A program made the position numbers and the translations under genes. From the NCBI GenBank assembly GCA_002269645.1, contig NIVC01000891.1, forward strand, positions 186,001 through 250,000: DNA of 64,000 nucleotides, read 5' to 3'. Shown here piece after piece: positions 1 through 11,100 of the stretch (within the stretch, counting starts at the first letter, position 1; every line of letters begins with the position of its first letter). This DNA comes from Macrostomum lignano (taxonomy: Eukaryota). The notes beneath the pieces are model-generated. The model did not search any database, was not told the DNA's origin, and saw nothing but the letters and a program-made list of their open reading frames with translations.

Positions 1-1
1 G

Positions 2-230
2 GAAATCGATCCGCGATGGACATGCAAAGAAATGGCGGAACTCAGTAAAATTCCTTCATCCAGCATCCACAAAACTCTCATAGAGGACCTGTGGCTGCAG
101 TACGTCACTGTTCGATGGGTGCCGCATCATCTCGATGACAGTCAGGAAGCTGGCAACAAGTCATCGTTGCCCAACAACTTTCTCGACGCTATCGACGAGA
201 AAGCAACGAGTTGTCAAAATTGGTTGTGTA
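2..230 (+). mobile_element. Degenerate mariner-family transposase fragment (HTH plus WVPHxL linker), frameshifted, 5' end off-window
   Basis: The frame from nt 2 reads EIDPRWTCKEMAELSKIPSSSIHKTLIEDLWLQYVTVRWVPHHLDDSQ, matching the mariner HTH-to-WVPHEL segment. A shifted frame continues QQVIVAQQLSRRYRRESNELSKLVV, resembling the stretch before the first catalytic Asp. No intact DD34D domain follows. Confidence 0.7.
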
Positions 231-2702
231 TATTGAATGACATTTACAGCTCAGCTCAAAGAGCAGGTGCTGCAGCAGCTGAATTTTGAAGTCAATTTGT
301 GTATCTCAGAAACCATATGAGAATGAGTTGTAATCATCTTCATGGTATCTGGTATCAATTTAAAAATGTAGTAAGTGTAGTAATTTTAAGAATGTCAACA
401 TTAAAAATTGCCAAAATTTACAAATAGGCAGATAGACTCTCACTTTCTATTTTTGCATGTAAACACCAAGATAGCAGAGTACAATTGAAAATGACTAAAT
501 AGAATAATATATATAGCATTCAGATTGCAAGGTAAACATATACTGCTACACATAGAAATAAATACAAATAGAAGTAGATAGACTATGCTAGTGTTACTTG
601 TAATGAACTTAACATACTCGTACAACGAATTACGCTGCTCCTTCGGATCTAGCATTAGATATGCTTCTTAATTAAAAAGGCTTTCTAAGGGGTCATTAAA
701 TACAATTAAAATATATAATACCAGCATTCTTTTTACTTTGACCTAAGCATATGATCTATTTCTAAGGGTTCCTGCCGTACCTATTGTCCTTTGCTTTTGC
801 TAGCCAAAACAGCATTCAAATATGGTGATATTAGAGGAACATACTAAATAGATTGGCAGGAATAAATTAGAGTTATTCTGTGGATTACTGAGCGTTAGAG
901 CTCAAGATATACTCATAAGATCAAAAGTGAATATCATTAGAAGTGAATCATCACAGATTTTCACACAAACATAAACAAAACTGCTTACTTAAGTATGCTA
1001 CTTGGCTATAAATGGTTAAAACCCAATATAATGAACTTAATAAGGTCTATACTTCTTTAGTAAAATCACAAGAACATGCAATGAAAAACTACTCTTTGTT
1101 TAGTATTTTTCTACATAATTAGAAGATTTGGGAACATTTACATGCTTATGAGCTGAGTAAACTTACACCTTACAGGAAATTTTGTGCTTATGAAAAAAGT
1201 CTAAATGTAACATCAATAGGCATAAGTAAGTAACAGTGCATTGACAGTCGCAGATAAAATGGAATAACAATATTTAAAATGTATCTAAAAGAATGAATCA
1301 CTGAAGATCATAATGGTTGGCGTTGTTTATCAGAAAACTTACACCTTACAGGAATTTTTTAACAGTAGACAAATATCATGCAATCGAGACAGGGCCAAAT
1401 AAGTTCATAAATATTGAAAACACAGCGGTAAAACATCCACAAGCTCACAGATGAAGGTTTTCCCCAATATTTTCAGTCATTTTCCCATAGACAAATATAT
1501 TACACGTGCACAAAAAACATTATGAAACAAAAAAACGTACTTAAGATACAAGTCAGAAAAATACGTTTTTGGTCGCTATCGCCACAAAAAAACATAAACT
1601 CTGACTTAAAGTTTAAAAAAAAATTTTTTAATCAGTTTTTTATTAACGAAAGTTAAATTCATGTACAATTGCTTCTAATTTAACAATGAAATTCATGATG
1701 TAAGAAAAAATTTGTTTATAACTTACGTACATTTCAATCTGAGATTTACCCTGGTGTCAGCAAATTTTTCAAACCCAAGAATTCCAAGAAAATTCTTCTC
1801 CACCCCCACCTTAATATTACCAATTCCAGAATCAGAATCGGTTCAGATCTTCCAAGAAAAACAGCAGTATAACTATTTAATTCTGTTGAATGTTTGACTG
1901 CCTTAACAACCTCACGGCTCACTTAGCAAAATTTTTCACTTTCTTCTTGACAATTGTCATTCAATAATAAAAACTTTATAGCACGTATCTCCCTCTAGTT
2001 ATGGAGACAAAAAGTTATACTTCACAAATTGGTTCTGGTTCTGGAACCAGAACAAGCAATATGAAAAGGCCCTATTAATGAAGTCTTGAACATTAGAAGT
2101 GTCTTGATTTGAATCTCATCGTTTCGTTTTGATCTTATCTTGAACAAAATCTCAAAATCAACCACCCGTTAAAAAGTAAAATGTTTCTGCTATATTATAC
2201 CCATAAATTGCACTACTGGAATACATGTACATACCACTGCCGGATCCATAGCCGTTAGAAAATGGGTTCCGGTGCCGGAACTCTAGCCATTGCCACTTAA
2301 TTAGACCCCTTAAATTTTTGGCGGTTGCATGCACGTTGGCATGTTATAGGCCTAGTATTAAAAATTCAAAAGAATTTCTTTCTAAAAATTTAATACAGCG
2401 TAAACACTCGCTACGAGTATAATATATCGTTGTAGTGTACCGTGCCAATAAGTTCAAATTATTCTACAATAAGCACTACCTTTTAAATATACCTGAGCGC
2501 ATTAAAATAACTCACAAACAAAATCTATGCGTTAGCCTGGGTTTAAAGCAAAGCGCCACGAAATGTACTTTTTAGATTTTATATACTGCGATGAATAAGT
2601 TCTAAAAGATTCTCCAACGCAATCCGCCGCCGGACTAGTTACACAGCTTAGTCTACTCGAAAATTATCGTATAATTAGAAATAGCTGTATAGGTGTGAGA
2701 AT

Positions 2703-3070
2703 CAGGGGCGTAGCCAGAGGGGGGGCAAGGGGGGCCGTGGCGCCCCACCCCCCTAAAAGAAACTGGTGCCCCCGGCCCCTCCTAAAAGAAACTGGCGCCC
2801 CCGATAAAAGAAACTGGCGCCCCCCCTAAAAGAAACTGGCGCCCCCCCCCCCTAAAAGAAACTGGCGCCCCCGATAAAAGAAACTGGCGCCCCCCCTATA
2901 AGAAACTGGCGCCCCCCCTAAAAGAAACTGGCGCCCCCCCTATAAGAAACTGGCGCCCCCCTAAAAGAAAAAGGCGCCCCCCCTAAAAGAAACTGGCGCC
3001 CCCCCCTATAAGAAGCTGGCGCCCCCTAACTCACGCCCCCCCCCAATCAAAATTCCTGGCTACGCCCCTG
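2703..3070. mobile_element. Non-autonomous hAT-type DNA transposon (MITE) with an internal ~22-24 bp tandem repeat
   Basis: Perfect 15-bp TIRs (CAGGGGCGTAGCCAG at 2703-2717; reverse complement at 3056-3070) flanked by an identical 8-bp TSD GTGAGAAT (2695-2702 and 3071-3078). The interior repeats CCCCCCTAAAAGAAACTGGCG. Confidence 0.9.
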
Positions 3071-3158
3071 GTGAGAATAGCTCAGCAAAAGCAATTCTAG
3101 CATATTGTGCAAATGCTTATGTACTTAATTTTTACCTTTCTTTTTTGCACGACCCGTT

Positions 3159-4198
3159 TGTGATAAATAGGCAATTAGATAATAGCATGCACGGTGAGCA
3201 ATTATTTAGGCCCTAGACAAACCTACTTGGAGCGTTCGGAGATTTTAAAGCTATTAATCCTAATCGCCTATCGCCGGTCGGCGAGTTCTACCAGTCTTCT
3301 CCAATAGCCGCAGATACAGTACAAGAAAATAAAGAACACGAGGAAACACAAACCGAAAGATTTAGAGAGTGATAATCCTATTTCAAGAATAACTAACTTG
3401 ATTGACGGTTTAATTTGACTAGCTGAGTTACAAGATTTAGACAAACGACGCAGATAACTAGAGTTGACAAAACGACAATAACGGTTAATAAATAATGATT
3501 ATACACGCACTGACAAGCGGATCTCAGCTGAAGAAGAAAGAGGCACCGAACACAGGACCACGGAGAAGACTCCTAACCCCTGGCCTAAGCCAGAACCTAC
3601 TCTCAAACGAGAGCCCTGCCGAACCGACCGTTCAACGGAGTACCGACTAAGTTCTATCGGCACTGCCCTTCAGTGTAACACTGGGGCCCTCGGGGTCGAG
3701 GCCGCGTACTTGATCAGATCCGACAGTCTCTGTCTAACCGCGCTTGATAGCGACGACTTCAGACAGGAATTTGCCGTAGACGTTACGCCACAAGACTACT
3801 GCGGTTGGGCGGGAACAAAGATATGGACCGGGGGTGATGAAATCAAAACGCCTCAAAGCGCGAACCAACAAGGGGAGGAAAATCGGGCCACCGGCCGGGA
3901 ACTGGACAAGACAAACCGGGGAAAAGGAGCAAGCGAGATCCGATTGCCAAAACACACTTTCATATATAGTCAGAGTCAACCCCTCACAAAACCCCCCTCA
4001 AGCCGGGTGGTGGTCGTCTGGCCGGCCGCTTGCTAAGCCGATTTGCACTGTGCCCGCGGCGCCGGGTAGAACTGAAACTTGCCGCGTGCCAGGGTCCAGG
4101 CCGGTTCTGATTGGCTGACCGCGCAAAGCTGGGGTTCGCAGACAAACTCAACCCTCCGCTGAGTCACAAAATCGGCGTCTAACTCTAACCTGTTTACA
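3159..4198 (-). mobile_element. Possible solo-LTR-like or promoter-like segment
   Basis: The minus strand starts TGTAAACA (4198), has CCAATCAG (~4110) and a TATATA box (~3965), then a T-rich tract, and could end ...TATCACA (3159). No matching TSD was found, so the boundaries are unproven. Confidence 0.25.
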
Positions 4199-4784
4199 AT
4201 TTTAGATTTCAACCAACTAGAAAAAGTACACAAAAAACGCATGACTAAACTAAAGCAAAATAACAATTCAATAACAATATAGAAACTAATGCAGTCAATT
4301 TACACGCAAAGATGCTCACACTACACGTTTGAAACCTAAAGGCAGTAATTAGGTTCACCCCCGGTTCAACCCCCAGAATATAAAAAAACTGCTCTCCTAA
4401 AGACTAGAGGCCACGCGCAAGTCTAAAACTCTATGCGCAAGTATGACTTTTCGTGTGCTATAGAATAAATATATTTTCAGTCTGATTTTTAAGGAAAAAT
4501 TTGGGTGAACCCGAGTAGGGGTGCATGAATTCAGTAGTTAGTCAGTTTGCAAGCGTCTGCTCATGCAGATCCGTTAAATTTGGACAATTCCCAGAAAAGA
4601 CGTCCGTATATTACGTCCTTCTTTGCGTTAGCCTATACGTCAAAGTGGATGTACGTCAAGTACTTAAAGTGAAAAGAATATGAATGTTAAATGGAACTCT
4701 AGAAGTAAAATTCTTAGTTTAGCAACGTCTGACTCTCGCAGCGTAAAGCAAACGTAACCCCCAGCCAAGCCATTGAGCTACAAT

Positions 4785-4870
4785 TTGTGTCCTTGAGCAA
4801 GACAATTAACTCTGCTTTGCTTCAGTTCACTTAGCTGTAAAATGGGTGCCAGCGTTAGCTGGGGTAATTG
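4785..4870 (+). mobile_element. SINE central-domain relic
   Basis: TGTGTCCTTGAGCAAGACAATTAACTCT...CACTTAGCTGTAAAATGGGTGCCAG resembles, from memory, the conserved core shared by many invertebrate SINEs. No Pol III head was seen. Confidence 0.4.
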
Positions 4871-5354
4871 AGGGTGTGTGTGGCGACCCCCTGTCCTTGG
4901 ACTGAACAGCCGTACGCAGCCTTCAGATGCGCCGCGCAATAGCTGCTTCTGAGCTGTCGGTTGCACATCTGGCCATTAGGGCAGGTGTAATCGCAAATTC
5001 AATTAAAATTAAAATTTTATAGTTGCATGTGCATACATGTACTAATTTATTGTAGTGTCCGGTTACGCATGCACCGATGAGCAATCTCTGGATCTCGGGG
5101 CCGCGGGCATTGCACTTAACAACCCTTTCCCCACAGCATTTGTTTAACCCTCCCACATTTGGCTGTCTGCCCCGGCTTGTGTGGCATGTCCAAAAATGTC
5201 CTGATTGGCTAGTACATGTACCCCTCGTCCCAGGCGGGGGACAGGGGGACATGTCCCCCCTAGTATAAAAGCTATGGGGGACCTGCCATGCTTTGTCCCC
5301 CCACCCCACCAATTGTGACTCGTTGTAGTAATCAATAATTTTTCTTCAGGGCGT

Positions 5355-5540
5355 CAAAATGAGTGCCTACGGCGCTAAATGAGTGCCTGCGGCTCTAAAA
5401 TGAGTGCCTGTGGCGCTAAAATGAGAGCCTGCGGCGCTAAATGAGTGCCTGCGGCTCTAAAATGAGTGCATGTGGCGCTAAAATGAGAGCCTGCGGCGCT
5501 AAAAAGAATGCCTGCGGCGTTAAAAAGAAGTGCCTGCGGT
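5355..5540. repeat. ~21-bp minisatellite (AAAATGAGTGCCTGCGGCGCT)
   Basis: About 8 degenerate tandem copies are visible. Confidence 0.8.
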
Positions 5541-6039
5541 GCCAAACTGTAGCCATGTAAACTATAGCTAGCAGCTGTCCTGAGGCTCGACTCTCTCCTC
5601 ACTTCTTTCCGGGATTGTGGCTCGGGAACATACGGTACGGGCGGGACTCTCGTAGGAGGGACTGACCGCGGTCACTCGACTCGACACGTACGTAGTTAGC
5701 TCGTACTACTCTGCTAGTGGATGCTACGTTTAAGATCGCGCCGTGTCGTAAGTATAAAATAGTTATTATCGTCCTGTCTGCACTGTTTTCTCGTAGTTTG
5801 ATGGAACTACACTATGCATTTCATAGTCGACGACGCTATCTAAAAATTAGCTAAAAAGAAGACCTTGTAGTAACGAATAAAATATTGGATGTTTTATAGC
5901 ATAAATATTTCAACTAAACAATAGCTGCTGCGCTATTATAATGGGGTAGTGCAGGGGAAACAGCAAAGCCTTATAAGTACAGGAAAAAGTGCCGATCGAA
6001 ATAGCCAAGCAAAGAACAGGCGGACATCGGGCGTGCCTG

Positions 6040-6114
6040 CGACACGATATATCGTCCGGATGGAGACTGTTGAGTCAACAGCTTTGCCCCATCAGGAGTC
6101 ATAGGTCCGAGTCG
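6040..6114 (-). promoter_or_regulatory. Type-2 (form 2) SECIS element, assigned to the SelN 3' UTR
   Basis: RNA reads CGACUCGG-ACCU-AUGAC-UCCUGAUGGGG-C-AAA-GCUGUUG-ACU-CAACAGU-CUCCAUCCGGA-CGAU-AUA-UCGUGUCG. This gives helix I (7 of 8 pairs), an internal loop, the AUGA/GA quartet (AUGA at 6102-6099; CGAU at 6054-6051), an 11-bp helix II with one mismatch, unpaired AAA (6085-6083) and a 7-bp apical mini-helix. It lies on the same strand as, and downstream of, the UGA-containing gene. Confidence 0.88.
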
Positions 6115-6619
6115 CCTGCTAATTGAGGACTAAACCGGTGCATGGGCACGGTGCCCCAGTGATCGACTTGCAGCAGAACTTGCTCAGACAGACCGCAATC
6201 TGAGTAAGCTTTGCTGTACAATCGAGCACTTGATCGGAGCGAAGGTAACTACCACAGGTGTACAGAGTCGCGAATTTGATATTAATTCTCTTGCTTTAAG
6301 CCACAAAATTGGTTTACACACAGCAGATATATAATAAAGTCTTTGATAGAAAATAGTGGCAGAGTAAAAGTAAAACTTAATTTAAAGTACAAATGTACTT
6401 GTAGAAAAAAATTGTCCTGCCAAAATATGCTCATTCTGTCGGAATAAAAAATGAACGGATTTTTAAATCAATAAAATTCACACCACTGCAGCTTTGGACC
6501 GGTCTTTTGGTTTAGAAAATGTAAATTAGGAATGCATTAAATAACTGATCTTGGTAGGGAGCTCCTTGGGATTGGATTGGATGATAGCTCGTGCATGCAA
6601 GAGACCTAGTAATTTGGCA

Positions 6620-7752
6620 GGGGCTGCTTGGCTGAGAAGGAAGGAGTGCACAATGGGGTGGCTGGGGCTGCTTGGGTTGGCTGATAAGGAAGGAGTGCAC
6701 AATGGGGTGGCTGGGGCTGCTTAGCTGAGAAGGAAGGAGTGCACAATGGGGTGGCTGGGGCTGCTTAGCTGAGAAGGAAGGAGTGCACAATGGGGTGGCT
6801 GGGGCTGCTTAGCTGAGAAGGAAGGAGTGCACAATGGGGTGGCTGGGGCTGCTTGGCTGAGAAGGAAGGAGTGCACAATGGGGTGGCTGGGGTTGATTGG
6901 GTTGGCTGATAAGGAAGGAGTGCACAATGGGGTGGCTGGGGCTGCTTAGCTGAGAAGGAAGGAGTGCACAATGGGGTGGCTGGGGCTGCTTAGCTGAGAA
7001 GGAAGGAGTGCACAATGGGGTGGCTGGGGCTGCTTAGCTGAGAAGGAAGGAGTGCACAATGGGGTGGCTGGGGCTGCTTAGCTGAGAAGGAAGGAGTGCA
7101 CAATGGGGTGGCTGGGGCTGCTTAGCTGAGAAGGAAGGAGTGCACAATGGGGTGGCTGGGGCTGCTTAGCTGAGAAGGAAGGAGTGCACAATGGGGTGGC
7201 TGGGGCTGCTTAGCTGAGAAGGAAGGAGTGCACAATGGGGTGGCTGGGGCTGCTTAGCTGAGAAGGAAGGAGTGCACAATGGGGTGGCTGGGGCTGCTTA
7301 GCTGAGAAGGAAGGAGTGCACAATGGGGTGGCTGGGGCTGCTTAGCTGAGAAGGAAGGAGTGCACAATGGGGTGGCTGGGGCTGCTTAGCTGAGAAGGAA
7401 GGAGTGCACAATGGGGTGGCTGGGGCTGCTTGGCTGAGAAGGAAGGAGTGCACAATGGGGTGGCTGGGGTTGATTGGGTTGGCTGATAAGGAAGGAGTGC
7501 ACAATGGGGTGGCTGGGGCTGCTTGGCTGATAAGGAAGGAGTGCACAATGGGGTGGCAGGGGCTGCTTAGCTGATAAGGAAGGAGTGCACAATGGGGTGG
7601 CAGGGGCTGCTTAGCTGATAAGGAAGGAGTGCACAATGGGGTGGCTGGGGCTGCTTGGGTTGGCTGATAAGGAAGGAGTGCACAATGGGGTGGCTGGGGC
7701 TGCTTGGGTTGGCTGATAAGGAAGGAGTGCGCAATGGGGTGGCTGGGGCTGC
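6620..7752. repeat. 44-bp minisatellite (GCTGAGAAGGAAGGAGTGCACAATGGGGTGGCTGGGGCTGCTTA) between the SelN stop and its SECIS
   Basis: About 25 near-identical tandem copies, with occasional longer variants. Confidence 0.95.
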
Positions 7753-8051
7753 ACAACTGAGTTGAGTAAAATGATCAGTTAAATTCTATGAAAGATAATT
7801 ATAATAAAACACTCCGTACAGATAAATATCCAAACTAAGCGCACGGAAGTTACAAAGTTTGGACATTTTCTTGGACGTATCTTTAATTGTAAAAAATGAG
7901 TTTCATAGTCATATACCAGAGTAGCGTAGGGTGCAAGTAGGCACAAAAGCCATTTTGGCTGCAAATAGTTCGGTAAAAAGTGTCATCGGATAGAATGAGA
8001 GCATCGGAAAGAATAAAAATGAAGAGAGATAAGCAGCTGTCGAGTTTCCTT

Positions 8052-8124
8052 CTATTTTTTGTCCGCAATGGCTAAGCCGTCTTCCAGGAACTTCAAGTAG
8101 GCCTCGCCGTGAGCCTCCTCGACT
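8052..8124 (-). CDS. SELENON: SelN exon 6 (last coding; [23 protein letters not shown])
   Basis: TTGCAG acceptor; phase 2 matches the donor at 8335; TAG stop at 8054-8052; resembles the SelN C-terminal helix. Confidence 0.85.
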
Positions 8125-11100
8125 CTGCAAGCAGTTTTGGATTGAAGACTCTCTTAGTTAACACTCTCAGACCCTTCAGCAGGGCATCAGCTACCTGATC
8201 CTACAGATCCTTCAGCAGTCTACCTGATCTCAGATCCTTCAGCAGGCTACCTGATCTCAGTCTTTAGCAGGCCACCAGCTCTGATCTCAGATCTTCGATC
8301 CTAATTACTTCAGGGAAAATGACACAGCTACTCACGAGAAGTTGCTGGTGATTTTCTTATCCGCAGAATCCAGCATAGCGTTGGCGTAGAGGCTGTGCAC
8401 CACAGTCCCGTTGCCGTCGCTGATGAGGGATGTCACGGGGAAGCTGTAGGCCTCCAAAGTCCTGGTCGACACCTGCGCTAGCCAAGGATCTTGATCCTTC
8501 TCCTGCTGCCACTTCTGCAGGTCGATAATCAGCACCCAGGTGCTCACAAATCGACGCTCCAGCAGCGACTGGACGGCCGGGTTCTCCAGCGCGGTCTTGC
8601 GGAGAACCCGGCCGGAGCCTCAGCAGCTCTGGTCGTCCAGGGAGCCCCAGAGCACCACTGAGTGCACCAGCCGGGGGCTTCCTTTGCCGTCGTCCACGTC
8701 GGACTTGGCGGCGAGCTTCGCCCGGCGAAAGGCCTCCGGGAAGGGTAGGTAGGGCACCCGCTTGAACGGGTACAGCTCCACTTCCAGCAGGCTGAAGGCG
8801 CGGTCGAAACTCATCGGCTGTTCTGAGGGCTTCGCCACTGCCGCCAGCTGATGGTCATATCGACCTGCGGGATGGCCACAATCTCCTTACCGCTCCGATC
8901 CTCTCCTTCCGCCCCCGGTCTTTTCTTCTTCCACCCCCGATCCTCTCTCTTTCCGCCCCCGGTCTTTTCTTCTTCCACCCCCGATCCTCTCTCTTTCCGC
9001 CCCCGGTCTTTTCTTCTTCCGCCCCCGATCCTCTCTCTTTCCGCCCCCGGTCTTTTCTTCTTCCACCCCCGATCCTCTCTCCTTCCGCCCCCGGTCTTTT
9101 CTTCTTCCGCCCCCGATCCTCTCTCTTTCCGCCCCCGGTCTTTTCTTCTTCCGCCCCCGATCCTCTCTCTTTCCGCCCCCGGTCTTTTCTTCTTCCACCC
9201 CCGATCCTCTCTCTTTCCGCCCCGGTCTTTTCTTCTTCCACCCCCGATCCTCTCTCTTTCCGCCCCCGGTCTTTTCTTCTTCCACCCCCGGTCTTTTCTT
9301 CTTCCGACCCCGATCCTCTCTCTTTCCGCCCCCGGTCTTTTCTTCTTCCACCCCCGATCCTCTCTCTTTCCGCCCCCGGTCTTTTCTTCTTCCACCCCCG
9401 ATCCTCTCTCTTTCCGCCCCCGGTCTTTTCTTCTTCCACCCCCGGTCTTTTCTTCTTCCGCCCCCGATCCTCTCTCCTTCCGCCCCCGATCCTCTCTCCT
9501 TCCGCCCCCGATCTTCTCTCCTTCCGCCCCCGATCCTCTCTCCTTCCGGCCCCGATCCTCTCTCCTACCGCCCCCGATCCTCTTCTTCCACCCCCGATCC
9601 TTATTTCATCCGTCCCGGATCCTCTCTCCTTCCGAAAACGATCCTCTCTCCTTCCGCCCCCTATCTATCCTTCTTCCGCCCCCAATCCTCAATCGTTCCG
9701 CCCCGCATCTTTTATGTTTCCGCTTCAATGCTCTCCTCTTCCTCGCTGTTCCCCTAGCAACTCCCCCAGCATACCAACAGCCTCGGGCTTCAGCTTGCAC
9801 GCATTCTCCGTGCACAGTCGCATACTACTCGAGTAGCCAATATCGACTTCGACAAGCAGTTCATCTGGCGCGCCGGACATCCCGGCCTGCACCCACTCCA
9901 TGTCGACGTTGAGATTCTTGTCGGCGGGCAGGTCCATGTCCAGCAGCAGCAGGCGGGAGAAATCGGCCGAGAACACGGCGTGCCCGAACCAGAAGCTGGG
10001 CGTGAACCAGAACGGATAGGCCGGCGGGCGGGCCAGCTGGAACTCGCCGTGCAGTCGGAAGGCCACCTCGACGTGGTCGGGCCCAACCGAGCGCACCAAA
10101 GCGACGCTGCTGTGCGGTGGGTGACGCGTGGAGGCGAAGGCGCCAGGGTGGAAGGCGGACAGCAGGGCGCTGATGGCGCGGGCTCCGGGCGAGTCTGAGT
10201 AGCTGGGCGGCAGGTAGCGGTTCATTGAGTGCGCCGTCTCGTAGTCGAACTCGTCGCGAATCCCGACGCCCGACTGGCTGTCGTCTAGCGGCCGGCGGGT
10301 GACGTAATAGGGCCGCCCGATGGACTGGTTGGCTGGCGGGCGGAGGCCCGCGATGATCAGCGACTCGGGCAGATCCAGGGGACAGCGATGGGGCCGAGTC
10401 CAGTTGAACAGGGCGTTCAGGTAATGCAGGTTGGTGCCCCTCTCCTGGGTGTCCGGCGAGACGGGGAAGGGTTGATACAGGTGAGATGTAATTAATGCAA
10501 CCGGTGCAATGGGGTGGTAGGGTGGCGGCATCTTAATTGCAGAGTGGGGTGGCGGCATCTTAATTGCAGAGTGGGGTGGCGGCATCTTAATTGCAGAGTG
10601 GGGTGGCGGCATCTTAATTGCAGAGTGGGTGGCGGCATCTTAATTGCAGAGTGGCGGCATCTTAATTGCAGAGTGGGTGGCGGCATCTTAATTGCAGAGT
10701 GGGTGGCGGCATCTTAATTGCAGAGTGGGGTGGCGGCATCTTAATTGCAGAGTGGGGTGGCGGCATCTTAATTGCAAGTGGCGGCATCTTAATTGCAGAG
10801 TGGGGTGGCGGCATCTTAATTGCAGAGTGGGGTGGCGGCATCTTAATTGCAGAGTGGCGGCATCTTAATTGCAGAGTGGGTGGCGGCATCTTAATTGCAG
10901 AGTGGGGTGGCGGCATCTTAATTGCAGAGTGGGTGGCGGCATCTTAATTGCAGAGTGGGTGGCGGCATCTTAATTGCAGAGTGGGTGGCGGCATCTTAAT
11001 TGCAGAGTGGGGTGGCGGCATCTTAATTGCAGAGTGGGTGGCGGCATCTTAATTGCAGAGTGGGTGGCGGCATCTTAATTGCAGAGTGGGTGGCGGCATC

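Noticed and set aside
300-2000. AT-rich ORFs (440..655, 1712..1897) as a gene or LINE remnant
   Set aside because: Short, compositionally biased and without recognisable motifs.
2032-2053. Perfect 10-bp inverted repeat GTTCTGGTTC/GAACCAGAAC
   Set aside because: Isolated, with a 2-nt spacer, no TSD and no associated feature.
5640-5750. 12-bp palindrome TGACCGCGGTCA (5663-5674) and nested stems CGACACG/CGTGTCG and ACGTAG/CTACGT
   Set aside because: No match to ribozyme cores, snRNA, SL RNA or SECIS motifs that I can recognise. Short stems in GC-rich DNA can arise by chance; an Rfam search would be needed.
7808-7990. Closer SECIS candidates just after the SelN stop (AUGAC at ~7986, AUGA at ~7910; GUCCAAACU/AGUUUGGAU hairpin at ~7828-7865)
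   Set aside because: None combines the AUGA/GA quartet with a paired helix II and apical AA. The element at 6040-6114 does.
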